DNA of 10,961 bases. Origin: a virus. A program made the position numbers and the translations under genes. A model generated the notes under the pieces. It was given only the letters and a program-made list of their open reading frames with translations. It ran no database searches and was not told the origin of the DNA. The stretch lies in the UHGV virus genome UHGV-1794807, one strand, 5' to 3'. Below are positions 1-7,711 of the stretch, piece after piece. Position 1 is the first letter of the stretch, and every line of letters begins with the position of its first letter.

Positions 1-61
1 AGTGCGCTGGGTTATCGCTCGCCACGGGAATATCTGCGGCAGCGGGCTTGTAATGGGTTAA

Positions 62-502
62 GTGATAACAGATGTCTGGAAATATAGGGGCAAATCCAGG
101 AACCCAGAAATACTTCCAGATCACTGGATGTATTACGCGATGCTTTTGTGTATCAGTTATGTTCTGAACAGGGTGATGGAGTTTATATTTCTGGCATCTT
201 CAGACAGATATAAAAAATATCTCAGTAAGAGAGATGAGGCTAAAGTAATTGTGGAGACTGAGCGCCTGTTCAATTCTCTGAGTATTCAGGAAAAAGAGGT
301 TTTAGCATTTGCTGTTATGGCAAATAACAAAATCGTACTTAAGCACGGCGATCCGGTCGCTTTATCTCTTATGAGAAAAGGCCTTCTCCATCGCTCAGGT
401 GTGACTTACAGCGCGTCAGGTAAAGAGAAATTTGTTATACCTGACGTCTGGTTCCATGAGTGTTATATGCGCTTTGCTGGTAAAGCTGATGAGCTAATTT
501 AG
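62..502 (+). CDS. Hypothetical protein convergent with N; one hydrophobic segment; occupies the position where lambda carries sieB (superinfection exclusion) but identity not established
   Basis: 146-codon ORF bounded by TAA at 59-61, GTG start at 62 (alternative in-frame ATG at 128); ends 22 bp before the stop of the leftward N-like gene. No motif recognised; synteny only. Confidence 0.45.
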   Translation: MITDVWKYRGKSRNPEILPDHWMYYAMLLCISYVLNRVMEFIFLASSDRYKKYLSKRDEAKVIVETERLFNSLSIQEKEVLAFAVMANNKIVLKHGDPVALSLMRKGLLHRSGVTYSASGKEKFVIPDVWFHECYMRFAGKADELI

Positions 503-523
503 TTCCTCGACGGCGGGGGATCG

Positions 524-907
524 TCATCTCGCCGTCAGTTGTTTTGATTTCCGGTATCCTGCTGCGTAAAGAGCTACATCTGGAAGACATACACCAGTTT
601 CTGGTTGCTTATGTCCAAACTCATTCGCGTACACAATGGCCGCTCTCTCCAGATTGCGTCTGTATTCTTTCTGTTGCCAGATCACGTCCTGTGCCATGAA
701 CTTAATTGGCTTAGCGTCTTCTATGCGCTCAGGCGTTTCGTGTTTACCTTTAGCCTGAATCTGTGCCCGACTGAGGGTAGGGCGATGAAGTTTCTCTGAA
801 CTGATAACCTCTTCACGAGCTTCAACACCATGTGCAATGGCTTGCGCCTTTAAACGTTCACGGCGACGAGCTGCTGATGAACCTTTGAAAGCTGTTCTGC
901 GTGTCAT
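524..907 (-). CDS. N: N-type transcription antitermination protein (non-lambda N, resembling N of phage 21/H-19B-type lambdoids)
   Basis: Translation from the internal Met begins MTRRTAFKGSSAARRRERLKAQA, an arginine-rich motif like lambda N (RRRERR). ATG at 905-907 is preceded by AGGAGG (914-919, minus strand), so the track ORF start at 955 is likely an upstream extension. Lies first on the pL transcript downstream of a boxB hairpin. Confidence 0.7.
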   Translation of the reverse strand: MTRRTAFKGSSAARRRERLKAQAIAHGVEAREEVISSEKLHRPTLSRAQIQAKGKHETPERIEDAKPIKFMAQDVIWQQKEYRRNLERAAIVYANEFGHKQPETGVCLPDVALYAAGYRKSKQLTAR

Positions 908-1022
908 GGTGACCTCCTGATGAACTTTGGTGATGTGGGCGGTAACCAGCCGCACAAGTCAGGGCCATCTTCACGTTTTACCCTTTCTCGCTTGCCACAT
1001 CCCAAAGTTCACTTTGGTTATC

Positions 1023-1037
1023 GCGCTTTGTCAGCGC
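1023..1037 (-). promoter_or_regulatory. nutL boxB-like RNA hairpin (GCGCU GACAA AGCGC)
   Basis: Minus-strand sequence CTACGGCGCTGACAAAGCGC matches the cro-distal site CTACGTCGCTGACAAAGCGA (3697-3716) at 18 of 20 positions. Both sit where lambda has nutL and nutR. Stem 5 bp, loop GACAA. Confidence 0.6.
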
Positions 1038-1105
1038 CGTAGATTCATATTCGAATCGTTGTATATTCACCGCCCTGGTGAGTAGTGCGTCCTGCTGATG
1101 TGTTT

Positions 1106-1168
1106 AGTATCACCGCTAGTGGTATTTATGTCAACACCGCTAGAGATAATTCATCACCGCAGATGGTT
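1106..1168 (-). promoter_or_regulatory. pL promoter with OL1-OL2-OL3 cI/Cro operators (lambda-type)
   Basis: Three 17-bp operators: TATCACCGCTAGTGGTA (1108-1124), CAACACCGCTAGAGATA (1132-1148), CATCACCGCAGATGGTT (1152-1168). Minus-strand -35 TTGACA (1129-1134) and -10 GATACT (1106-1111). Matches recalled lambda OL/pL except single-base changes. Confidence 0.85.
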
Positions 1169-1315
1169 ATCTGTATGTTTTTTATATGAATTTATTTTTT
1201 GCAGGGGTGCATTGTTTGGTAGGTGAGAGATCTGAATTGCTATGTTTAGTGAGTTGTATCTATTAATTTTCAAATAAATACAATTGGTTATGTGTTTTTT
1301 TTGGGGGGGTTAGGC

Positions 1316-1341
1316 AAAGAAAACCCGGCGCTGAGGCCGGG
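1316..1341 (-). terminator. Intrinsic terminator downstream of the ParA-like ATPase gene
   Basis: Perfect 6-bp GC stem CCCGGC/GCCGGG (1324-1329, 1336-1341) with 6-nt loop, followed on the minus strand by UUUUCUUU (plus 1316-1323); begins 7 nt after the gene stop. Confidence 0.65.
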
Positions 1342-1348
1342 TTCTTGC

Positions 1349-2392
1349 TTAAAGAATACTTGCCAGATACTTAAGTTGTCTTTGATATCGAGTAACCGAC
1401 TGGTTAACTTGTAACCTTTTCCCTTCACTTACTGTATGGAAGCGACCAACTTTTAGCTGTGATATTGGTATGCTTTCAGCCCCACTAATTTGCCCGCTTG
1501 ATACAAAATCATCTGTAACCACAATTGCTTTGCTAACATCTTCATCGGCAAAGAGATGACTGTATTTTTCAGCGATTTTTACAGCTCTCTCTATGTACAT
1601 TTGAGATGCGCGACCTGGTGTTGATGATTTACGGCTTTTTGAACCAGCCATTGTCATTACGATCGCTGCTACTTTTGGAGCCCCAAGCCCACCCGCACGC
1701 TCATTCCATAATACAAAATCTTTTGATTTATTTGCCAGCATTTCCATTGTGAGATGAAGTGACTCAATTGAGTGTTCATCTACGCGTACAGGGATAATCA
1801 ATGCCTCAGACGCGCACCATGCTAGGTGTGTTCCTCCAGCATAGAAGGGGCTTGTATCCATCAATAAAATTTCGCATTTTTTGTCTTTCGCTTCATCGTT
1901 CATTATTGCGCGAAGAGAATTTAATAGTGTTGATACTGCTTTTGGTTCTCCGCGAGATAGCGCTACTTGTAGTTGTTGATACATGCTTGATGGGAAAGCG
2001 AATAGCTCAGGATCACCTGGAATCGCATAACATGCCTTACCACCTTTAAAATCTGGGCAGAAATTACTTACTCGATATGAAATATCTTCTGGCTGCTCAC
2101 CAAAAGCTGGACCCAGCATTTTTGGTGTCAGTGCATTAGCTATTGTTACAACCGGTTTTTCACCACGCAATAGTGTCTCCGTTAAATTACATTGCGGGCA
2201 TAAGTCAGCCACTAATACGGAGTTACGTCGTGACAGCTCATAGGCGAGGTTGAATGTCATCGTGGACTTACCAACACCACCGCGCAGATTGGAAACTGCA
2301 TAACTTTTGAATTTTGGCCCGCCATCTACGACGTAACCTTCCTCAACAACTTGTGCATAGCGTGCCATTACTGACTCAACTACAGTGCTCAT
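1349..2392 (-). CDS. ParA/MinD-family (SIMIBI-class) P-loop ATPase, 347 aa, in the position of lambda rexA-rexB
   Basis: Deviant Walker A RGGVGKST (consensus KGGxGK[ST], first K replaced by R), ParA-like A' motif VLVADLCPQCN (compare ParA LIDLDPQGN), Walker B-like ILLMDTSP. Strong SD AAGGAGG 7 nt upstream of ATG. Flanked by terminators on both sides. Confidence 0.8.
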   Translation of the reverse strand: MSTVVESVMARYAQVVEEGYVVDGGPKFKSYAVSNLRGGVGKSTMTFNLAYELSRRNSVLVADLCPQCNLTETLLRGEKPVVTIANALTPKMLGPAFGEQPEDISYRVSNFCPDFKGGKACYAIPGDPELFAFPSSMYQQLQVALSRGEPKAVSTLLNSLRAIMNDEAKDKKCEILLMDTSPFYAGGTHLAWCASEALIIPVRVDEHSIESLHLTMEMLANKSKDFVLWNERAGGLGAPKVAAIVMTMAGSKSRKSSTPGRASQMYIERAVKIAEKYSHLFADEDVSKAIVVTDDFVSSGQISGAESIPISQLKVGRFHTVSEGKRLQVNQSVTRYQRQLKYLASIL

Positions 2393-2418
2393 ATGAATTC
2401 CTCCTTTAAATTTTGAAT

Positions 2419-2447
2419 ATTAAAGCACCACAATGATGCAGGAGCAA
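2419..2447 (-). promoter_or_regulatory. Candidate sigma70 promoter for the ATPase gene (TTGCTC-N17-TTTAAT)
   Basis: Minus-strand TTGCTC (plus 2442-2447), 17-nt spacer, TTTAAT (plus 2419-2424), about 27 nt upstream of the ATG. The -35 overlaps the first 19-bp repeat. Read by eye, not scored. Confidence 0.4.
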
Positions 2448-2520
2448 TAAAAAAGTGCAGGAGAATGTAAAATTAGCAGGTGAATTAAAAATGCGCAGGA
2501 GATGTGATGTTTTGCAGGTT
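2438..2520. repeat. Five tandem direct repeats, exact 19-bp period, conserved core GCAGGWG plus A/T-rich spacer
   Basis: GCAGG starts at 2438, 2457, 2476, 2495 and 2514. Units: GCAGGAGcaataaaaaagt, GCAGGAGaatgtaaaatta, GCAGGTGaattaaaaatgc, GCAGGAGatgtgatgtttt, GCAGGTTgactg. Lies 46-128 bp upstream of the ATPase start codon. Confidence 0.85.
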
Positions 2521-2616
2521 GACTGAACAAATGCTGATGTATACCTCGTTTGTAGATAGGTATGTTAATTGCTATATAACATGCTTATGTTATTGATATT
2601 TATATATATTAATCAT

Positions 2617-2643
2617 AAAAAAAGGCCGCACTTCTGTGCGACC
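2617..2643 (-). terminator. Intrinsic terminator immediately downstream of cI
   Basis: 8-bp stem GGUCGCAC/GUGCGGCC (one G-U pair), 4-nt loop, then a run of 7 U on the minus strand (plus A-run 2617-2623); starts 5 nt after the cI stop. Confidence 0.65.
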
Positions 2644-2648
2644 TTTCA

Positions 2649-3365
<717 letters not shown>

Positions 3366-3372
3366 TTAAATC

Positions 3373-3438
3373 TATCACCGCAAGGGATAAACTTCTAACA
3401 CCGTGCGTGTTGACTATTTTACCTCTAGCGGTGATAAT
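3373..3438. promoter_or_regulatory. OR3-OR2-OR1 operators with pR (rightward) and overlapping pRM (leftward)
   Basis: OR3 TATCACCGCAAGGGATA (3373-3389), OR2 TAACACCGTGCGTGTTG (3396-3412), OR1 TACCTCTAGCGGTGATA (3420-3436). pR -35 TTGACT (3410-3415) and -10 GATAAT (3433-3438). cro SD TAAGGAGGT at 3451-3459. Confidence 0.9.
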
Positions 3439-3462
3439 GATTACCTGTACTAAGGAGGTTGT

Positions 3463-3663
3463 ATGGAACAACGCATAACCCTGAAAGATTATGCAATACG
3501 CTTTGGGCAAACCAAGACGGCTAAAGATCTCGGCGTATATCAAAGCGCGATTAACAAGGCCATTCATGCAGGCCGAAAGATTTTTTTAACTATAAACGCT
3601 GATGGAAGCGTTTATGCGGAAGAAATAAAGCCCTTCCCAAGTAACAAAAAAACAGCTGCATAA
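3463..3663 (+). CDS. cro: Cro repressor (lambda-type)
   Basis: 66 aa [41 protein letters not shown]..., near-identical to lambda Cro as recalled. Strong SD; first gene on the pR transcript. Confidence 0.95.
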   Translation: MEQRITLKDYAIRFGQTKTAKDLGVYQSAINKAIHAGRKIFLTINADGSVYAEEIKPFPSNKKTAA

Positions 3664-3701
3664 GTAACACCGTTCTTTTCACAATGGACATTCGTCCTAC
3701 G

Positions 3702-3716
3702 TCGCTGACAAAGCGA
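3702..3716 (+). promoter_or_regulatory. nutR boxB-like RNA hairpin (UCGCU GACAA AGCGA)
   Basis: Hairpin between cro and the cII-like gene; shares an 18/20 extended match with the nutL site (see 1023-1037). Confidence 0.6.
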
Positions 3717-3800
3717 GCCCCAAGATATCTGACCAACTAAGGCCATATGCGTTTCAACGCATACCTTTCAACTAACTATTCACTATTGGAAAATTAACAA

Positions 3801-4097
3801 ATGACACAAGCAAGTTACAGCAAGCCAACACAGCGAGAAATTGATCGCGCAGAAACTGATTTACTCATCAACCTGTCAACGCTTACCCAGCGTGGTCTGG
3901 CAAAGATGATTGGCTGTCATGAATCGAAGATAAGCAGAACGGACTGGAGATTTATTGCTTCGGTCTTGTGTGCTTTCGGAATGGCATCAGACATCAGTCC
4001 GATTAGCAGGGCTTTTAAGTATGCGCTTGATGAAATCACAAAGAAAAAATCCCCGGCCGCCACCGAGGATTTTAAGCAAATTGATATGCAATTCTGA
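3801..4097 (+). CDS. cII: cII-like transcriptional activator (non-lambda allele)
   Basis: 98 aa, same size and position as lambda cII (second gene after cro). Central segment is HTH-like and the C-terminal [18 protein letters not shown] resembles lambda cII KKRPAATERSEQIQMEF. Confidence 0.7.
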   Translation: MTQASYSKPTQREIDRAETDLLINLSTLTQRGLAKMIGCHESKISRTDWRFIASVLCAFGMASDISPISRAFKYALDEITKKKSPAATEDFKQIDMQF

Positions 4098-4129
4098 GGT
4101 CATTACTGGATCAATCCACAGGAGTAATT

Positions 4130-4276
4130 ATGACAAAACAACTCAGTCCTTACCAGGACAAAATTCACAAACACATACTACGTGATCGCTTCCTGTCCAG
4201 CTTCAAGCAGCCTGGTCGATTCCGGGCTGAGTTGGAAAAAGTGAAGCTGATGCAGAAGGAGAAAGGTCATGAGTAA
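4130..4276 (+). CDS. Small hypothetical protein (48 aa) between cII and the initiator gene
   Basis: ATG at 4130 with GGAG 5 nt upstream (4121-4124). Translation [48 protein letters not shown]; stop overlaps the start of the next gene by 8 nt. Below the ORF-track size threshold. Confidence 0.4.
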   Translation: MTKQLSPYQDKIHKHILRDRFLSSFKQPGRFRAELEKVKLMQKEKGHE

Positions 4277-5168
4277 CATATCTAATCTAGCCGAAGCCAG
4301 AGAGGCCAGAAGGCTACAACAACCGCATCAAAGCAGCGGTAAGGGGTATGCCTTGCTGCACCGTAAAATTATGGATGTGCCGTTTTACAAGGACGCAGAA
4401 GCAGCGCATCTGTGGGTTCACTTAATCCTCAAAGCAAAGCATACGCCTGAGTATGTAATGACTGACGCAGGAGAAATTCTGGTAGGCAGAGGGAAGCTAC
4501 TTGGCGGTAGAAACTCTCTGGCGTTTGAAACAGGACTCAAACCAGATCGCGTTCAGTACCTGCTTAGAAAGTTCAAAAAACTCGGCATGATTGACTGGGT
4601 TTCACACGGTAAATTCTCAGTTTTCTCGGTAGAGAAATATGACGATTATCAGTCAAATTTTGTACCAGCAGATTACCAGCAAATTACCACCTCAAAGCCA
4701 GCAATACCAATGCCTGCAAGCAATACTGTACCAGCAGATTACCAGCAAATTACCACAGATAAAGAATATAATAATATTATCTCTAATACTGACGTATTAG
4801 AGAGTGCCACAGCAGACAAAAAGTCTGACAAGAAAAAACCTTCCGTCAGCTGTCAGGATGTTGTCGATGCTTACCACGAAATCCTTCCTGAAGCGCCAAG
4901 AATCCGCGCACTGAATGACAAGCGTAAAAACCAGATCCGAACGTTCTGGCGCAAAGCCGGAGTGATAACCCGCCAGCTTGACGGGCATGGGTTCACGATG
5001 CAGGACTGGAGAAATTATTTGAGCTACGTAGGCGAAAATTGCCGATGGATGTTCGAAGAACGCCCAAACCATCAACGCGGAACCGTCTGGCACAAAAAGG
5101 GATTTGATTTCCTGCTTAACGACAATACCTACCTGAAAGTTCGTGAGGGTGAACACGATGACCGATAA
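4269..5168 (+). CDS. Replication initiator, lambda O-like / P22 gp18-like origin-binding protein
   Basis: 299 aa directly upstream of and overlapping the DnaB-type helicase gene. Contains an internal iteron array plus AT-rich tract as in lambda O/ori. SD AAGGAG 7 nt before ATG. No sequence identity to lambda O was recognised; call is by architecture. Confidence 0.6.
   Translation: MSNISNLAEAREARRLQQPHQSSGKGYALLHRKIMDVPFYKDAEAAHLWVHLILKAKHTPEYVMTDAGEILVGRGKLLGGRNSLAFETGLKPDRVQYLLRKFKKLGMIDWVSHGKFSVFSVEKYDDYQSNFVPADYQQITTSKPAIPMPASNTVPADYQQITTDKEYNNIISNTDVLESATADKKSDKKKPSVSCQDVVDAYHEILPEAPRIRALNDKRKNQIRTFWRKAGVITRQLDGHGFTMQDWRNYLSYVGENCRWMFEERPNHQRGTVWHKKGFDFLLNDNTYLKVREGEHDDR
4662..4790. repeat. 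Candidate replication origin: two identical 29-bp repeats (four ACCAGCARATT iterons) followed by an AT-rich tract
   Basis: GTACCAGCAGATTACCAGCAAATTACCAC occurs identically at 4662-4690 and 4728-4756; each holds two ACCAGCA[G/A]ATT half-repeats. Followed by agataaagaatataataatattatctctaatact (4757-4790). Encodes the duplicated peptide [10 protein letters not shown]. Confidence 0.7.
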
Positions 5169-7623
5169 TTTTTATGCGCCGCCCCATAGCATCGAGGCAG
5201 AGCAGGCGGTGATTGGTGGATTGCTTCTGGATGATGACAGCAGTGAGCGCGTCCAGAAAGTTCTGGCGATGCTGAAGCCTGATTCATTTTACAGCCGACC
5301 ACACAAAATCCTTTTCGAAGAAATAACCAGAATGCACCGGGAGCAAAAGCCAGTAGATGGCCTGACGCTTTTCGATGAACTGGAGCGTAAATCGTTAACG
5401 GCGTCTGTTGGCGGTTTTGCTTATATCTCTGAGATCGCAAAGAACACGCCAAGCGCAGCAAACATCGTTGCCTATGCAATGCAGGTTCGTGAAACCGCAA
5501 TGGAACGCTACGCCATCAACCGCATGACTGAAGCGACGGAATTGCTCTATTCCCGCAACGGAATGACTGCAACGCAGAAGTACGAAGCTATTCAGGCGAT
5601 TTTCACGCAACTGACAGATCATGCAAAAACCGGATCGCGTCGCGGCCTTCGTTCATTTGGTGAGGTCATGGAAGACTGGGTTAGCGACCTTGAGAAGCGA
5701 TTTGACCCGTCAGGCGAACAACGAGGAATGAGCACAGGGATCCCATCGCTGGACAGGATGCTGTCACCGAAAGGTCTGGTGAAAGGCTCTCTGTTTGTCA
5801 TTGGCGCTCGCCCTAAGATGGGGAAAGCGCAACCGCTTAATTCACGCATTTTGCTTGCTGATGGTTCATGGACAACATTTCGTGACGTATGTGTTGGAGA
5901 TTCCCTAGCATCAGTGGATGGACAACCATCATTCGTGTCTGGAGTTTTTCCTCAAGGGGAGCGAGATATTTACCGAGTTACGTTCTCTGACGGAAGAACC
6001 GTTGATTGCGCGGATGATCATTTGTGGGAAATTCATAGTAACCGTATTACCGGTGGCGTTGATGTTGTAGACACCTGCCGCCTACGGGACATGATGGAAT
6101 GCGTTCGCTATCAAAGCCGCATTCATGTTCCTGGTATTAGCGGTGACTTCGGATTGCCTGTTGATTTAGGGATTAGCCCATGGCTGTTAGGTGCGTTACT
6201 TGGCGATGGAAATCTTGCAGGTACGCCACGAATCAGCATGACGGAACCATACATCATTGAGCGAGTAAGATCTGAAGTGGGTGACGATATTGAAGTCAGA
6301 CATGTTTCTGGCTGCGATTACTCCCTATCTCACAAGTTTAGCCGCAAATTATCTCTTACGCGGGTTATGCAACGGATTGGTATCTACGGCCGGATGTCAG
6401 AGATTAAAATTATCCCGGATATTATTTTTTCTGCTGATAAGCAAACTCGTATTGATGTTCTATGCGGATTACTTGAAACCGATGGTTGGGTTGAAGGAAA
6501 TAATGCCCTGCGCTTTAGCTCGGCAAGCAAGTTCCTGTCAGATGGTGTAAAGCGGCTGGTGCATTCTCTTGGTGGCGTGTGTCGTATGACAACCAAACAG
6601 GAGCCGAAATTCAGTTATAAGGGAGAAATGCGCAAAGGTATGGATGCCCATATTTGCGCAATCAGGTTGCCTGATGAGGTTCTATCACACATAAAATCTC
6701 CACGCCTGAAGCAAAAATTCACTGCAAAACGCATCAAAACAAGTGCGCCTGTTATCACGTCGGTTGAGTATATTGGACGTGAAGAGTGCATTTGCATCAT
6801 GGTATCCCACGAGAGACATTTGTATGCAACTGACGGATACATTCTAACCCACAACACCACGCTATACAGCCAGATGGCAATCAACTGCGCAGTGTATGAG
6901 AAAAAGCCCGCTCTGATATTCAGCCTTGAAATGCCAGGTGATCAGATACTGGAAAAACTGGTAGGGCAGAAGTCTGGTGTTAACCCGAATATTTTTTACC
7001 TTCCGGCGACAAATGACGCCGATGACGGCTATCAGGGTGATTACGATGGTGACTTCAACAGGGCGATCGAAACAGCCAATCGCTTGAGTGAAATCGACAT
7101 GCTTTACATCGACGACACGCCGGGATTATCTCTGGCTCAAATCGTCAGCGAAAGCCGTCGAATCAAGCGAGAAAAAGGATGTGTTGGCATGATTCTGGTC
7201 GATTACCTGACACTAATGACCGCTGAGAAGGCCGATCGCAACGACCTTGCTTACGGCATGATCACCAAAGGACTGAAGAACCTTGCCAAAGAGCTTGATT
7301 GCGTTGTTGTGCTTCTGACGCAGCTTAACCGCGCACTGGAAAGCCGAACCAATAAACGCCCATTACCAAGTGACTCGCGCGATACAGGGCAGATTGAACA
7401 GGATTGCGATTATTGGGTGGGGATCCATCGTGAAGGTGCTTTTGATGACAGTGTTCCACCTGGTGAAACCGAACTAATCCTTCGTCTCAATCGTCATGGC
7501 AATACCGGCACGGTGTATTGCATTCAGGCAAATGGCGCTATTTATGACACAGACCAACAGTCTGCTGAAATGCGCCGCCGTGAACGCGAGGAGCCGCAGT
7601 CCAAGAAGAAAGGAGGATTCTGA
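5158..7623 (+). CDS. DnaB-family replicative helicase precursor interrupted by an intein
   Basis: N-terminus PPHSIEAEQAVIGGLLLDD...FYSRPHKILFEEI...GGFAYISEIAKNTPSAANIVAYA closely parallels E. coli DnaB. Walker A GARPKMGK is split from TTLYSQ...PALIFSLEMP by 343 aa. C-terminal motifs LTQLNRALESR and DSRDTGQIEQDCD are present. ATG at 5158 chosen over the track GTG at 5143 (GAGGG 8 nt upstream). Confidence 0.9.
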   Translation: MTDNFYAPPHSIEAEQAVIGGLLLDDDSSERVQKVLAMLKPDSFYSRPHKILFEEITRMHREQKPVDGLTLFDELERKSLTASVGGFAYISEIAKNTPSAANIVAYAMQVRETAMERYAINRMTEATELLYSRNGMTATQKYEAIQAIFTQLTDHAKTGSRRGLRSFGEVMEDWVSDLEKRFDPSGEQRGMSTGIPSLDRMLSPKGLVKGSLFVIGARPKMGKAQPLNSRILLADGSWTTFRDVCVGDSLASVDGQPSFVSGVFPQGERDIYRVTFSDGRTVDCADDHLWEIHSNRITGGVDVVDTCRLRDMMECVRYQSRIHVPGISGDFGLPVDLGISPWLLGALLGDGNLAGTPRISMTEPYIIERVRSEVGDDIEVRHVSGCDYSLSHKFSRKLSLTRVMQRIGIYGRMSEIKIIPDIIFSADKQTRIDVLCGLLETDGWVEGNNALRFSSASKFLSDGVKRLVHSLGGVCRMTTKQEPKFSYKGEMRKGMDAHICAIRLPDEVLSHIKSPRLKQKFTAKRIKTSAPVITSVEYIGREECICIMVSHERHLYATDGYILTHNTTLYSQMAINCAVYEKKPALIFSLEMPGDQILEKLVGQKSGVNPNIFYLPATNDADDGYQGDYDGDFNRAIETANRLSEIDMLYIDDTPGLSLAQIVSESRRIKREKGCVGMILVDYLTLMTAEKADRNDLAYGMITKGLKNLAKELDCVVVLLTQLNRALESRTNKRPLPSDSRDTGQIEQDCDYWVGIHREGAFDDSVPPGETELILRLNRHGNTGTVYCIQANGAIYDTDQQSAEMRRREREEPQSKKKGGF
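5827..6855 (+). mobile_element. Intein with LAGLIDADG homing-endonuclease domain, inserted in the helicase P-loop between GK and TT
   Basis: Removing 5827-6855 restores GARPKMGK-TT (E. coli DnaB ARPSMGKTT). Block A-like start AQPLNSRILLADGSW, two LAGLIDADG motifs LLGALLGDGNLAG (about 6178-6220) and LCGLLETDGWVEGN (about 6460-6500), C-terminal ILTHN followed by +1 Thr. Confidence 0.75.
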
Positions 7624-7651
7624 TGACCATCTACATCACTGAGCTAATAAC

Positions 7652-7684
7652 AGGCCTGCTGGTAATCGCAGGCCTTTTTATTTG
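7652..7684 (+). terminator. Intrinsic terminator-like hairpin after the helicase gene (tR2-position analogue)
   Basis: Perfect 8-bp stem AGGCCUGC/GCAGGCCU (7652-7659, 7668-7675), 8-nt loop, then UUUUUAUUU. Overlaps a possible 30-codon ORF (see findings), so it may be coding rather than a terminator. Confidence 0.5.
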
Positions 7685-7711
7685 GTGGAGAGTAATTGGA
7701 GGATTTAAGAA

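Noticed and set aside
1-61. Open frame running from the window edge to TAA at 59-61 (plus strand)
   Set aside because: Only 19 codons are visible and cannot be identified; could be the 3' end of an upstream gene but is not supportable as a call.
605-799. 64-aa plus-strand ORF
   Set aside because: Lies entirely inside the N-like gene on the opposite strand, with no SD; antisense frame artefact.
907-955. Upstream 16-codon extension of the N ORF (MRLVTAHITKVHQEVT)
   Set aside because: The internal ATG at 907 has a perfect AGGAGG and the product then starts with the conserved N-type MTRRT...RRRER motif; the extension has no RBS.
1801-2049. 82-aa plus-strand ORF
   Set aside because: Embedded antisense in the ParA-like ATPase gene; low-complexity translation, no SD.
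3955-4185. 76-aa plus-strand ORF overlapping the cII 3' half
   Set aside because: Alternative frame of the well-supported cII-like gene, Pro/Arg-rich low-complexity translation.
4797-5849. Minus-strand ORFs 4797-5156, 5129-5500, 5395-5622, 5619-5849
   Set aside because: All antisense to the initiator and helicase genes, whose translations carry clear conserved motifs.
6281-6884. ORFs 6281-6550 (+), 6384-6596 (-), 6615-6884 (-) inside the intein
   Set aside because: Off-frame or antisense relative to the continuous intein/homing-endonuclease frame with LAGLIDADG motifs.
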